Shown piece after piece: positions 50,880 through 60,835 of a DNA stretch of 64,000 nt. Under the pieces are notes generated by a model, which was given only the letters and a program-made list of their open reading frames with translations, was not told the origin of the DNA and ran no database searches. Both the position numbers and the translations under genes were made by a program. Every line of letters begins with the position of its first letter. The first letter of the stretch is position 1. The DNA is from Thiogranum sp. (lineage in GTDB: Bacteria > Pseudomonadota > Gammaproteobacteria > DSM-19610): the NCBI GenBank assembly GCA_024102665.1, contig JAGFJP010000040.1:1412-65411 (forward strand), given 5' to 3'.

Positions 50880-51653
50880 TTACGCTGCCTGTGAGCTTGC
50901 CGGGCAGGGCTCACCTGCGCGTGCCCTGGGCACTGCGACGTCCCTGCCGATCAGCATTTCGGCGATACGGCTTGAAGCGCCGTCGTAGAAGCCGCATTCG
51001 ACATCGATCGTTTCGCCCGCGTTTTTGAAAGTGCCGAACAGCATGTCGATGACGGGCAGGTCGGCGTAGTTGTATCTGTGCGCACCCCGCGCGTGGTGGA
51101 TGTTGTGGCTTTCCGGACGCTGGATGACATAGCCCAGCCACACCGGCGTTTTCAGGTTGGCGTGCTGGAACATGGCATTGAACGTCAGGAACAGCGCGCC
51201 GAGTATGGCGGCCTCTACGGTCACGCCAAGCAGCGGAAAAAATACCAGGCTGCTCCAGGTCGTGAACATGGCGGCGTCGAAGGGATGCAGGTAATAGGCG
51301 CCGAAGGCATCCAGGCTTTCGGCGCTGTGATGCATCTGGTGTCCGGCACGCCACAACCAGTTCCACTGATGCGCAGCACGATGATAGCCGTAGTGGAAGA
51401 GTTCATAGACCAGCACGGCGACGACCGCGCCGAACGGCCCCAGGCCGCTGCTGTCCAGCAGGTGGAAGTCGCCGAAGACGTTGCCCCAGATCGCGGCGAC
51501 TTCACCCGTAAAGAAGAAAATCGCTACTGTTACCAGCAGACCCCGCAGCCGCCAGTGACGGCTCTTCCGGTAGCTGCGTTTGTGCACCAGATAATCCAGC
51601 GCCAGAAAGCCCGGTATCAGGGCCAGGGTAAGCACCTCCAGATAGTCATACAT
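50880..51653 (-). CDS. fatty-acid hydroxylase / sterol desaturase-family membrane protein
   Basis: Histidine boxes HYGYHRAAH, HQMHH and HNIHH. TM helices. Confidence 0.8.
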   Translation of the reverse strand: MYDYLEVLTLALIPGFLALDYLVHKRSYRKSRHWRLRGLLVTVAIFFFTGEVAAIWGNVFGDFHLLDSSGLGPFGAVVAVLVYELFHYGYHRAAHQWNWLWRAGHQMHHSAESLDAFGAYYLHPFDAAMFTTWSSLVFFPLLGVTVEAAILGALFLTFNAMFQHANLKTPVWLGYVIQRPESHNIHHARGAHRYNYADLPVIDMLFGTFKNAGETIDVECGFYDGASSRIAEMLIGRDVAVPRARAGEPCPASSQAA

Positions 51654-51731
51654 GATCGCGGTCTCCTCAGTGATTCTAAAAAATACCAAACGGTACGGAA
51701 AGTACCCTAGACCTCCGCTTCCCAAAAGTCA

Positions 51732-51745
51732 ATACCGTTCGGTAT
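51732..51745. promoter_or_regulatory. inverted repeat ATACCGttCGGTAT, candidate TetR operator
   Basis: Perfect 6-2-6 inverted repeat 79 bp upstream of the desaturase ATG. A related TACCaaacGGTA lies at 51684-51695. Both sit in the TetR/desaturase divergent region. Confidence 0.35.
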
Positions 51746-51766
51746 GTTTTTGTTGCATAGCAACTC

Positions 51767-51901
51767 GTCATTCCGGCGCAGGCTGGAATCCGGGGCGAGA
51801 TTGCACAATCATGTCGACATTCAAACTGTTAAGAAAATCCATCAAAAGTCATAAAGATATGAGCATGTTGTAATCTGGATTCCTGCACCGGCCGGAATGA
51901 C
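51767..51901. repeat. MITE-like composite: two inverted REP hairpins flanking an 81-bp AT-rich core
   Basis: GTCATTCCGGCGCAGGCTGGAATCCGG (51767-51793) and its inverted partner CTGGATTCCTGCACCGGCCGGAATGAC (51875-51901) flank the core. Confidence 0.5.
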
Positions 51902-51950
51902 GGGCAACGACCTGTTTACAACATACCATCAAGTATGTTTATATTCGCGC

Positions 51951-52568
51951 ATGGGCAAAAAGGGCGATGACACACGCAAGCGCATCCTGGACGCCGCGCA
52001 ACAGCTGATCCTGTCGCACGGCTACAGCGGTATGTCCCTGGACCAGCTGATCGGCCAGCTCGGCATGACCAAGGGGGCGTTCTTCCATCATTTCAAAAAC
52101 AAGAAGGATCTCGCCCGCACCCTGATCCAGCGGTTTTCAGACGAGGGTGTGGCCCTGCTCAGGAGCGCGCTGGCACGGGCCCGGACCTACAGCGATGATC
52201 CGTTGCAGCAGTTCCTGATTGTCGTGCGTCAGTACGAGGAAATATTCGAGGGGCTCGACGAACCTTATGACGGGTGCTTGCTGGCAGCCTATGCGTATGA
52301 GTTTCAGCAGTTCGACGAGCCGATCAGGGAACTGGTGCGCACGGAGTTCGAAGTTTCGCGCACTGAACTGACCCGCCTTCTGGAAGCGGTCGCCGAAAAA
52401 TATCCGCCGCGGGCGGCGGTGGATCTGCGTTCACTCGCCGATGGCTTCATGACGCTGTTCGAAGGCGCTTTCATTCTGGAGAAATCGCTGGATGAGGCGG
52501 GCATCACCTGGCAGCAGCTCAGGCACTACCGGACTTACGTCGAGCTGTTGTTCGCTCCGCAAAAATAA
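51951..52568 (+). CDS. TetR-family transcriptional regulator
   Basis: RKRILDAAQQLILSHGYSGMSLDQLIGQLGMTKGAFFHHFKNKKDL. Confidence 0.85.
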   Translation: MGKKGDDTRKRILDAAQQLILSHGYSGMSLDQLIGQLGMTKGAFFHHFKNKKDLARTLIQRFSDEGVALLRSALARARTYSDDPLQQFLIVVRQYEEIFEGLDEPYDGCLLAAYAYEFQQFDEPIRELVRTEFEVSRTELTRLLEAVAEKYPPRAAVDLRSLADGFMTLFEGAFILEKSLDEAGITWQQLRHYRTYVELLFAPQK

Positions 52569-52600
52569 AAAAGGGGACAGATCGACAATCTGTCCCCTTT
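52567..52600. terminator. bidirectional rho-independent terminator (tetR / EF-G convergent)
   Basis: AAAAAA-GGGGACAGAT-cgaca-ATCTGTCCCC-TTT. Confidence 0.8.
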
Positions 52601-52616
52601 GCAGCGTGGGTCGCTG

Positions 52617-54698
52617 TCAGCTTGCGCGGCGTTCCAGCGTTTCCTTGATCACGGCATCGGCCACGTTCTTCGGGCAGGCCATGTAGTGCAGGAATTCCAT
52701 CGAGAACTGACCACGGCCGGAGGTCATGGTGCGCAGGTCGCCGATGTAGCCGAACATTTCGCTCAGCGGGCATTCGGCCTTGATGCGCACACCGGTCGGA
52801 CCCGGTTCCTGTGACCTGATCATGCCACGGCGGCGGTTGAGGTCGCCGATGACGTCGCCGACGTGGTCTTCCGGCGTGAACACGTCGACTTTCATGATGG
52901 GTTCCATCAATTGCGGCTGCGCTTTCGGCATGCTCTGGCGATAGGCGGACTGGGCGGCGATTTCGTAAGCGATGGCGGAGGAGTCCACGGGGTGGTAGGC
53001 GCCGTCCATCAGCGTCACCTTGAAGTCCAGGCAGGGGTAGCCTGCCAGCGGACCGACGTCCTTGCTCTTCTGGAAGCCCTTGTCTACGGCTGGCCAGAAT
53101 TCACGCGGCACGGTGCCGCCGGTGACGGCGGATTCGAATACGTAGCCACTGCCGGGTTCGCCCGGTTCGATCACGTAGTCGATGCGCGCGAACTGACCCG
53201 AACCACCGGTCTGTTTCTTGTGCGTGTAGCTGTCTTCGACACGCTGGGTGATGGTTTCGCGGTAAGCCACCTGCGGCTTGCCGACGATAACCTCGACGCC
53301 GTGGGTGCGCTTGAGAATATCGACCTTGATGTCCAGGTGCAGTTCGCCCATGCCTTTCAGAATGGTCTCGCCGCTGTCCTCGTCGGTTTCGACGCGGAAC
53401 GACGGGTCTTCCTTGATCATCTTGCCGATGGCGATACCCAGTTTTTCGGAAGCTGCCTTGTCTTTCGGCGCCACAGCGATGGAAATGACCGGATCCGGGA
53501 ACACCATGGGCTCCAGTGTCGCCGGGTTGTCGGGATCGCAGAGCGTGTGACCGGTCTGTACGTTCTTCATGCCCAGCACGGCGACAATGTCACCGGCCTG
53601 CGCGCTGTCAATATCTTCGCGGGAATCGGCGTGCATTTCCACGATGCGCCCGATGCGCTCGGTCTTGCCGGTAAAGGTGTTGAGCACGGTCGTGCCCTTT
53701 TCCAGTTTGCCGGAATAAATACGGATAAAAGTCAGGGCGCCGTAGCGATCGTCCATGATCTTGAACGCCAGCGCGCGCAGCGGCTTGGTCGGGTCGACGA
53801 TGGCGAAGGTGCCGGTCTCGTTGCCTTCCAGGTCCACTTCCGGCTGTGGCGTGACTTCCGTGGGGTCGGGCAGATAGTCAACCACGGCATTCAGAACCAG
53901 TTGCATGCCCTTGTTCTTGAATGCCGAGCCGCAGTAAGTCGGGAAGAAGTCCAGGGCAATGGTGCCCTTGCGTATGCAGCGCTTGAGATCTTCGATGGAC
54001 GGTTCTTCGCCTTCCAGGTATTTCTCCATCATGGCGTCGTCCTGCTCGACCGCGGTTTCGATCAGCTTTTCACGCCATTCCTCGATGCTGTCCGCCATTT
54101 CCGCCGGCGGGTCCAGGATTTCATATTTTTCGGGATCGCCAGAGGCGTCCCAGATCCATGCCTTGCGGGTCAGCAGATCCACCACGCCCTTGAAATCGTC
54201 TTCGATGCCGATCGGCAGGACCATCACCAGCGGAGTTGCCGCCAGCACATCCTTGATCTGCTGCACCACGCGGTAAAAATCCGCGCCCATGCGGTCGAGC
54301 TTGTTGACGAAAATGATGCGCGCCACTTCCGACTCGTTGGCATAGCGCCAGTTGGTCTCGGACTGGGGCTCCACGCCGCCGGAACCGCAGAAAACCCCGA
54401 CGCCGCCGTCGAGCACTTTCAGCGAGCGGTACACTTCGATGGTGAAGTCGACGTGGCCGGGCGTGTCGATGATGTTCAGGCGATGTCCGTTCCAGTAGCA
54501 GGAAGTGGCAGCGGACTGAATGGTGATACCGCGCTCGCGTTCCTGGTCCATGAAGTCGGTGGTGGCTTCGCCCTCGTGCACCTCGCCGGTCTTGTGGATC
54601 TTGCCGGTCAGTTTCAGGATGCGTTCCGTGGTCGTCGTCTTGCCGGCGTCAACGTGGGCGAAAATCCCTATGTTTCGGTACTGTGCTAAATCAGTCAT
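52617..54698 (-). CDS. fusA: elongation factor G paralogue (outside an rpsL-rpsG-fusA-tuf context)
   Basis: [28 protein letters not shown]. Full five-domain length of 693 aa. Confidence 0.9.
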   Translation of the reverse strand: MTDLAQYRNIGIFAHVDAGKTTTTERILKLTGKIHKTGEVHEGEATTDFMDQERERGITIQSAATSCYWNGHRLNIIDTPGHVDFTIEVYRSLKVLDGGVGVFCGSGGVEPQSETNWRYANESEVARIIFVNKLDRMGADFYRVVQQIKDVLAATPLVMVLPIGIEDDFKGVVDLLTRKAWIWDASGDPEKYEILDPPAEMADSIEEWREKLIETAVEQDDAMMEKYLEGEEPSIEDLKRCIRKGTIALDFFPTYCGSAFKNKGMQLVLNAVVDYLPDPTEVTPQPEVDLEGNETGTFAIVDPTKPLRALAFKIMDDRYGALTFIRIYSGKLEKGTTVLNTFTGKTERIGRIVEMHADSREDIDSAQAGDIVAVLGMKNVQTGHTLCDPDNPATLEPMVFPDPVISIAVAPKDKAASEKLGIAIGKMIKEDPSFRVETDEDSGETILKGMGELHLDIKVDILKRTHGVEVIVGKPQVAYRETITQRVEDSYTHKKQTGGSGQFARIDYVIEPGEPGSGYVFESAVTGGTVPREFWPAVDKGFQKSKDVGPLAGYPCLDFKVTLMDGAYHPVDSSAIAYEIAAQSAYRQSMPKAQPQLMEPIMKVDVFTPEDHVGDVIGDLNRRRGMIRSQEPGPTGVRIKAECPLSEMFGYIGDLRTMTSGRGQFSMEFLHYMACPKNVADAVIKETLERRAS

Positions 54699-54928
54699 TG
54701 CTCTACTCTGCGGTTAATCCAGTGATTGAATGCGGCTTTCCGACCACGGCCAGCATTGCGCCCTCGACGCCGATCGGGTGTGAAATCAGCGGCGCGGCAT
54801 TATATACAAACGGGGGTTGGTTGTGTATGAGAATCAGTGCCGGAGACTCAACGCGCGGCAATTATGCATTAAACGGGGCTTTTTTTCATATTTTTGTGGC
54901 CGCCCCGGGGAAACCGTCGACATTGGCG

Positions 54929-55402
54929 TCAATGCGAGCGCTCCTGCGGTGTCCGGACATCCAGCGCCACCTTCAGATGATCCTTGTGTTCTCCGAGCAG
55001 GCGCAAGGTCTCCTCGATATACCGGCGCGAACTGATTTCGCCGGCAACATATTCCCCGAGCAGACCGACCCAGCGCTTGTGGATGATGCAGGCGGATCGC
55101 GCGCCATCGTCGGCCAGCGGGCAGTCGGGACAGCGCCGGTCGGGCAACACGCCCGACAGCGTCTGCGTCTGCCAGTCCCGGCGGTAACGTTCGGCGTGTT
55201 GCGCAATCCAGTCGAGGGCCGCCTGTTCCCGGCGGTTCTCCGGGAAGCTCTCGATGTGACGGCGGACTGCGGCGAACTGGTCGCGCAGATACTGCTCGTC
55301 CGACAGGTTCAGGGCGTCTGCCTCCCGGACCACGAAGCGGGTTATCAGGGCAAGCATCGGATCGTCGAGCGTCATGGGGGTGAAACCGCTGTCGGAGGTC
55401 AA
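54929..55402 (-). CDS. small hypothetical protein with CxxC motif
   Basis: The TTG at 55402 overlaps the upstream stop (TTGA). An alternative ATG lies at 55375. Contains RRCPDCPLADDGARSAC. Confidence 0.45.
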   Translation of the reverse strand: MTSDSGFTPMTLDDPMLALITRFVVREADALNLSDEQYLRDQFAAVRRHIESFPENRREQAALDWIAQHAERYRRDWQTQTLSGVLPDRRCPDCPLADDGARSACIIHKRWVGLLGEYVAGEISSRRYIEETLRLLGEHKDHLKVALDVRTPQERSH

Positions 55403-58400
55403 TGTAACCGCGATCGCTGGAACCGGGCCTTGAAGCGTTGCAGCAACGAAGGAATGCGCTCGCCGTGCGTCGGGTCGGCATCGGCGATCGATGCCTTGTC
55501 CGGGGCGAACGAGGTGATCATCCGGCTCCAGTGTATTACCCGGCTTTCCGCGACGCTGCCCGGTGGCGCCAGCGGGTCGGCGCCAAGGGTTCCGACCAGG
55601 CTCTTGAGCCAGCTCTTGCGCTGCACTTCCCTGAGCTTCTGCGTGGCCATGTCCAGGCGCCCGGCGATACCGAGACGGTCAGCTTCGTCGGCAAAATGCG
55701 AATCATCGAGGAAGGTCTGCAGATTGCTGACATGGCGTTTCCACAATTCGATATCACGCAGCTGTTTCACCTTCAGCCGTTCCCGGTACCAGTCGGACTT
55801 GAGCAGCGATTCGCGGGTGAACATGGCGCGCAGTTTCGGGTGGCGCGCATCCATGCCGCGGTATGAGCCGCTTGCCATGATATGCAGCAGCGCCTGCAAC
55901 GGCGGGCAGGCGTCCTCGATGCTGCCGTCATCGAGATAACCCTGCGCGACGCGTTGCTGGGCTTCGACGATATTATTGATGCCGTCGACGAACACCTCCA
56001 GGTCCTGGGTTTCCGGCTTGAGGATTTCCTCGGTGAACACCGCCTGCGGGTGATCGAAAATCTTGCCGAAAAAACCGTGCACGAACTGTTCGGTGATGCG
56101 GTAGCCGAGGCGGCTGGCCAGCACTCTGGCGCCCTTATGGTCGAAATCCTCCAGCGGTTCCAGATAGCCGTGCTCGATCAGGTATTCGGGCTGGCGTTCT
56201 TCGGGTTCCAGGCGCGCCCAGATTTCCGGCACCAGCAGGCTGATGTCGTGGTCGACGCGCACGTGAGGGCCGATGTAACCGGCCGAACTCGAGAAGCCGT
56301 GATAGCCGGTCAGAATGAACGACACCAGTGCATTGTTGAGGTCCGCGGTGGGTCGCAGGGCATTGAACGGCCCCTTGGTCAGCGCGCCTTCGCTGCCGGC
56401 GCCCGTGGTCGACGGTGACTTGCCGGTGAGGCTGCAGATGAAGTCCATGAACAGTTCCGGCAGTTCCTGGTAATGGATGGGGTTGTACACCGCCAGGGAA
56501 CGGATGCCGGGTTCGGGCGGGTTGTTGCGCCGGCCCGCGAGCACCGCGTCGACGGGGTGGCAAACGGCGGTGTTCATGTCCAGCTTGCGCTTGAAGCGCG
56601 TGCTGACATCGGCAAGGTATCGGCGCGCCGGCCGGGCCAGGTCGGGCCGGGTCTGCAGATAGCGCGGATTCTTCGAGGGTCCTCCGTCGACGCGGCGCGG
56701 GTGCGCCGAGGAAACCGCATAACCCGCCTTGTCCTGGTGCGCTTTCTTCAGAAGCTTGCGCATCGGTGGCGTAAAGCGGCAGAAGGTATGCACGTCCTCC
56801 ACCAGCGCCGCCAGCTCCGCGCCATTGAGCGGATGCCAGTTGGCCAGGAAATTGTCCGGCTGCGACATGTCTTTCTCGGTTTGCCTGTCAAAGCCGGGGT
56901 GAATGGCGTCATCGGGACGCTGGAACAGCCGGTATTCGCAGTTCTTCGCCAGTTTGACGCTGCGTCTGCTGTCCTGCGCCGGTCCGCAACTGGCGACACA
57001 CTCGGCCGGCACCACGACCGAGGCCGTGATGTCGTCCTCCATCTGCACTTTTTCGGTGGCGATATAGTCCTGGCGCAGCTTGAAGGTGCGCCACTTGCCT
57101 TCGCGGTCGAAACCGACGCGCAGATACGAGGCGACGATGTTGCGGCCATCGAGTTTCAGTTCGTGCGCGGGGGCCCCGTCCACTTCGTCCACTGACAGGT
57201 GATCGCGCCAGCGATCGCCCCATTCGACGCGATAGAATCGCTTGATCAGAAATGCCAGCGCGAGGATGCGCGGGGAAATCGACGCCAGCCAGGCGTTGTA
57301 TTCATCGGTGCAGGTCGATGTCGGCGTCAGCAGCTTGATCACCGAACCCAGGCTGCGCTCGGGGCTGAGCGGTTTGCGGGTTGGATCGCGGTCCTGGTTT
57401 TCGAAACCGGGTTTGAAGCGCCGGGTGTAGTCCTTGTCGAAAATCGCCTGCACCTGGTCGAGATCCTTTTCCAGGTCGTCGACGAACAGCGGGCGATAGA
57501 TGACTGCGTCGTTCAGCGACTTGGAGATCTCGGATTTGCCGCCACCGGAGACTGTCGACGGTTTGTGGCAGAAAGTGCCTTCGGAGTTCATCCCTACCAG
57601 CCGCCACGAAGGCGCGCCGGGATGCTTTTTCATTTCGATCTTGTAACCGCTCGGCTGCATGTAGATTTTTCCGGGATGCAGGCGCAGCGTCTGCAGCGTA
57701 TCGTCCTGGTACCAGGTGACGGTCTGCGCGTTGAGGTCCATGCGCACTTTCTGCGGAATATAGATGATATCCGGATACTTCCTGTCGATGGCGTAACCTT
57801 CAGGCTGCACATCCATGATGTCACCGTAACGTTCCACCATGTCGGCGAACGAATAGCCGGGTTTCTGGGTGCGGCTGTCGACGCCGAATTCCTCGCCGTG
57901 GTTGCGGCGCGGGAAAGCCAGCGCACCACCGGCGTGTTCCTCCTCGGCCAGGCCGTAGAGGTTGGCGGCGAAGCCGATCTGGGTTTTGACTTCCTTTTTG
58001 CAGTAACCGAAATAGTTGTCGGCGAGCAAGGTGACAATCACGCCGGATTCGTCGCGCGCGGTGATCTTGAAGGCATGGCCGTCGTTGTAGAGTTCGAACG
58101 GCTCCTTCCAGCACATGCCTTCACGGCGTTGCCGCTCGTTGGCTTCGTCCCAGTGCGGCAGTCCCACCTCCTGCTTGGTCAGGCCGACGAGGTGCGGCGC
58201 CAGGATCACGCAGCCGGTATGACCGCTCCAGTGCTCGACATCCAGCCCCGCATCGCACTCGGCGAGATAGGGATTGCCGGCATTGCCAAAAATGCTTTCC
58301 ACGAAATCCAGGTTGCTGACCAGGTTGCCTGGCGCGAAGAAACGGATCTCCATGGTCTTTTCCGGTTCCCTGCCCGGGATCTCCGGACATACCACCGGAC

Positions 58401-59022
58401 GCAGCAGCAGGGATGCGAACATGCGTGCCGGTTCGGGCAATCCGGCGGTGAAGGGGACGGTCAGCAGCTCCTGCGGTGGATTCAGCGCTTTCGCCAGCAG
58501 GTGGGCGAAGGTGCGCTTGGGCACGGCTTTCTTGTCGCCCGGTATCGGCAAGCCGCCCTCGCTGATATGGAATGAGCCCTTGGTGGTGCGGCGGTCGCTG
58601 GCCGGGTTGTGCAACACGCCCTGCTTGACCCGGTAACTGGAAACGATATCCGAGTGAAACTCGTCCTTGCCCATGGGCAGCGACAGTTCACGCGCCACGC
58701 CGTGGCGATCGAGGATGAAGGTCTGCGTGGGCAACGTGGGTATCGCGTCGACGTGGAGATCTTCGAAATAGCGCGCGAGGAAATTCTGGATACGCTGGTC
58801 GGCCCAGCAGTGGTAATCGGAGAGCAGGCGGTTCTTCTCGCGGTAGCTTTTCAGCAGGTCGCGGGAAATCCCGAAAAAGCGCTCGACCTCACCGGATACG
58901 CAGGTCGGTTGACCGGAGGATGCCAGTTTCAGGTTGATGTAGAGCTGCACTTTCTGGCGCTCGTCTTCCGGGCTCTCCGCGGCCTTGTTCAACCCGAGTG
59001 CTTGGGCAAAATCCATGGACAT
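55399..59022 (-). CDS. large (1207 aa) cytosolic protein of unassigned function; candidate PPi-type PEP carboxykinase family
   Basis: Uninterrupted ORF with protein-like composition and no signal peptide or TM helix. P-loop-like TVSGGGKSEISKS and NYFGYCKKEVKTQ. The size matches the ~130-kDa PPi-PEPCK class. The second ATG (59016) has better spacing to GGGAG. Confidence 0.45.
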   Translation of the reverse strand: MSMDFAQALGLNKAAESPEDERQKVQLYINLKLASSGQPTCVSGEVERFFGISRDLLKSYREKNRLLSDYHCWADQRIQNFLARYFEDLHVDAIPTLPTQTFILDRHGVARELSLPMGKDEFHSDIVSSYRVKQGVLHNPASDRRTTKGSFHISEGGLPIPGDKKAVPKRTFAHLLAKALNPPQELLTVPFTAGLPEPARMFASLLLRPVVCPEIPGREPEKTMEIRFFAPGNLVSNLDFVESIFGNAGNPYLAECDAGLDVEHWSGHTGCVILAPHLVGLTKQEVGLPHWDEANERQRREGMCWKEPFELYNDGHAFKITARDESGVIVTLLADNYFGYCKKEVKTQIGFAANLYGLAEEEHAGGALAFPRRNHGEEFGVDSRTQKPGYSFADMVERYGDIMDVQPEGYAIDRKYPDIIYIPQKVRMDLNAQTVTWYQDDTLQTLRLHPGKIYMQPSGYKIEMKKHPGAPSWRLVGMNSEGTFCHKPSTVSGGGKSEISKSLNDAVIYRPLFVDDLEKDLDQVQAIFDKDYTRRFKPGFENQDRDPTRKPLSPERSLGSVIKLLTPTSTCTDEYNAWLASISPRILALAFLIKRFYRVEWGDRWRDHLSVDEVDGAPAHELKLDGRNIVASYLRVGFDREGKWRTFKLRQDYIATEKVQMEDDITASVVVPAECVASCGPAQDSRRSVKLAKNCEYRLFQRPDDAIHPGFDRQTEKDMSQPDNFLANWHPLNGAELAALVEDVHTFCRFTPPMRKLLKKAHQDKAGYAVSSAHPRRVDGGPSKNPRYLQTRPDLARPARRYLADVSTRFKRKLDMNTAVCHPVDAVLAGRRNNPPEPGIRSLAVYNPIHYQELPELFMDFICSLTGKSPSTTGAGSEGALTKGPFNALRPTADLNNALVSFILTGYHGFSSSAGYIGPHVRVDHDISLLVPEIWARLEPEERQPEYLIEHGYLEPLEDFDHKGARVLASRLGYRITEQFVHGFFGKIFDHPQAVFTEEILKPETQDLEVFVDGINNIVEAQQRVAQGYLDDGSIEDACPPLQALLHIMASGSYRGMDARHPKLRAMFTRESLLKSDWYRERLKVKQLRDIELWKRHVSNLQTFLDDSHFADEADRLGIAGRLDMATQKLREVQRKSWLKSLVGTLGADPLAPPGSVAESRVIHWSRMITSFAPDKASIADADPTHGERIPSLLQRFKARFQRSRLH

Positions 59023-59455
59023 CTCCCTGTGTGAAGCGGTTCTTGAGTTGGCTGGACTGGTCTGGCAGAGCCCGGCTATCTTAGCGAAACCGCCAGTAGA
59101 GAGAAGAGCAGTTAGCGTAATTAGTTAATGTTGATAATAGTAAAAGTTCATATAAGTATGTTTTAAATATAGAATAATGGAGCGATCGGGTGTCGGTCAG
59201 GAACGCTTAACTGTCGCCAAATCACGAACAGGCGCCGGGAAGGTCTGAAAATACTCCACAACAATCGCTGACATTTCCTCGCTATCCGGCGTGCCAGGTA
59301 GAGAAGCGAGTCGGTCCGGATCAGTCGGTGTTCCCGCAAAATGAAAATAATGTACAGCATGCGCAACCCGGCTTGCGCGGCTGCGGTTACAGGTGGTTTT
59401 CAAGCGCTGGGTGGAAGGGGAGGGCAGGGGGCGGCTCAGCCCGAATCTGGCGAGG

Positions 59456-60835
59456 CTAGAATTTTGCCTGGTAGCCGAGGCTGAGAAAGTACGAGGTGTC
59501 CGTCCTGTCCTGGCTGGCGGACTCCTCGCTTGACCACTCGCCGCCGGCTTCGATCTGGAATCCGTAGCGATGCTTGCTGCGGTATTCCATTTTCACCGCC
59601 GGTGACGTTACCCAGCGCACCGATCTTTCCAGTTCGTGGTTGCGGTAGTTGGCGCGCAGACGCGGGCTGATGTTCCAGACTCGGTTGATGGCGTAGTGGC
59701 TGTTGATCGATGCCGACGAACTGCGCCAGGCCCCGGTAACGCTGTGCTGCAGATCAAGCACACTGCTGTCACCCGACAACACCAGGTTTCTGCCGGTGAG
59801 CTTGAGAGCGTAGAAATACTCGTTCGGCGGTGCGGCGGCGTTAGCGGTTTCCGGCACGGCTTCGGTCTCGACATCCAGCATGGCCGCGCTGCCGGTCACT
59901 TTCAGGCGATCGGAAAAAGCATGTGACAAACCGAAGGCGAGGGTCCTGACCGCTTCGGAGCGATCGGCGGTGTAATAACGGATGCGTTCCGACGGGAGAC
60001 TCCAGGTCCATCCCTCGGTCGCGGCCATGGTCTGTTGCAGGTATTTCTGCTGGCGTGTTTTCACCGGGCTATGGTGCAGACCCAGAATGGTGCTGAAGGT
60101 GGTTCCGCCGTGCAGTTGCCAGGCTCCGGTGGCGGTCAGGACGTCGAGTTCATCGCCGTTGACGTCATAGTCTGCAAACACCAGTACCGAGCGTCTTGGA
60201 CGCAGGTAGCGCAATGCGCCACCGACGACGCGACTGATGGCGCCCTCGTTGTTCTGCCGCTGCAGGTAGAAACTGTTCATGTCCCAGTCTCCGGCGAACT
60301 TGCCGGAATCGGCGCTGAAGCCGAGCATCCGCCGCGCGGAATCCAGCTTCTGCCCGGAGATGTCCGGATACCCTGCGACAGCATTGAGTTTCAGTCCGTG
60401 GCTGAGGCGGTAATCCACGCGGATGCCGTCGTAGTTGTCGAGGATGCCGCTGTTGACGCCGATGCGGCGGCCCAGCTGGAACGACAAGGGCCGCGGGTCG
60501 GCCGTGGAACCGGCGCACGCCGCAGCGTTGTCGCCGGGTGCGTCGGCGAGACCCTGCATGCAGGGAATGGCTGCGGTCGGTTCGGGAGGGGGCGATGTCG
60601 GCGTCGCTACGGCCTCGGGGTCTGCCGGCGCGCTTTCGGGAATGTCCTCGGATACATCGGCGCTTTGTTCAGCCTGCAGCGGCAGCGGTGCGGGCACCGG
60701 CAGGTCCGCATCCGGCTGAACCTCTTCGACCACCGCTTCCTGACCCGCCGGAATGGCGTGGGCCGGCGACTGAACCAGCGCGCCCGCGCCAAGGGCCAGG
60801 CAGGCGATGATCAAGGTGAGAGAGGGGGTTTCCAT
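59456..60835 (-). CDS. outer-membrane beta-barrel protein with acidic Pro-rich N-terminal linker
   Basis: Signal peptide ending SPAHA/IP. Linker of roughly 70 aa rich in P/E/A/D. Amphipathic beta pattern. C-terminal LSLGYQAKF. Confidence 0.6.
   Translation of the reverse strand: METPSLTLIIACLALGAGALVQSPAHAIPAGQEAVVEEVQPDADLPVPAPLPLQAEQSADVSEDIPESAPADPEAVATPTSPPPEPTAAIPCMQGLADAPGDNAAACAGSTADPRPLSFQLGRRIGVNSGILDNYDGIRVDYRLSHGLKLNAVAGYPDISGQKLDSARRMLGFSADSGKFAGDWDMNSFYLQRQNNEGAISRVVGGALRYLRPRRSVLVFADYDVNGDELDVLTATGAWQLHGGTTFSTILGLHHSPVKTRQQKYLQQTMAATEGWTWSLPSERIRYYTADRSEAVRTLAFGLSHAFSDRLKVTGSAAMLDVETEAVPETANAAAPPNEYFYALKLTGRNLVLSGDSSVLDLQHSVTGAWRSSSASINSHYAINRVWNISPRLRANYRNHELERSVRWVTSPAVKMEYRSKHRYGFQIEAGGEWSSEESASQDRTDTSYFLSLGYQAKF

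Noticed and set aside
52863-54689. 608-aa plus-strand ORF
   Set aside because: It is antisense to EF-G.
59197-59403. 68-aa minus-strand ORF (and the overlapping 59163..59366 ORF) in the AT-rich region
   Set aside because: The two overlap each other in different frames. They have no RBS or recognisable motif and an odd composition. They could be remnants of a degraded gene, but this is unsupported.
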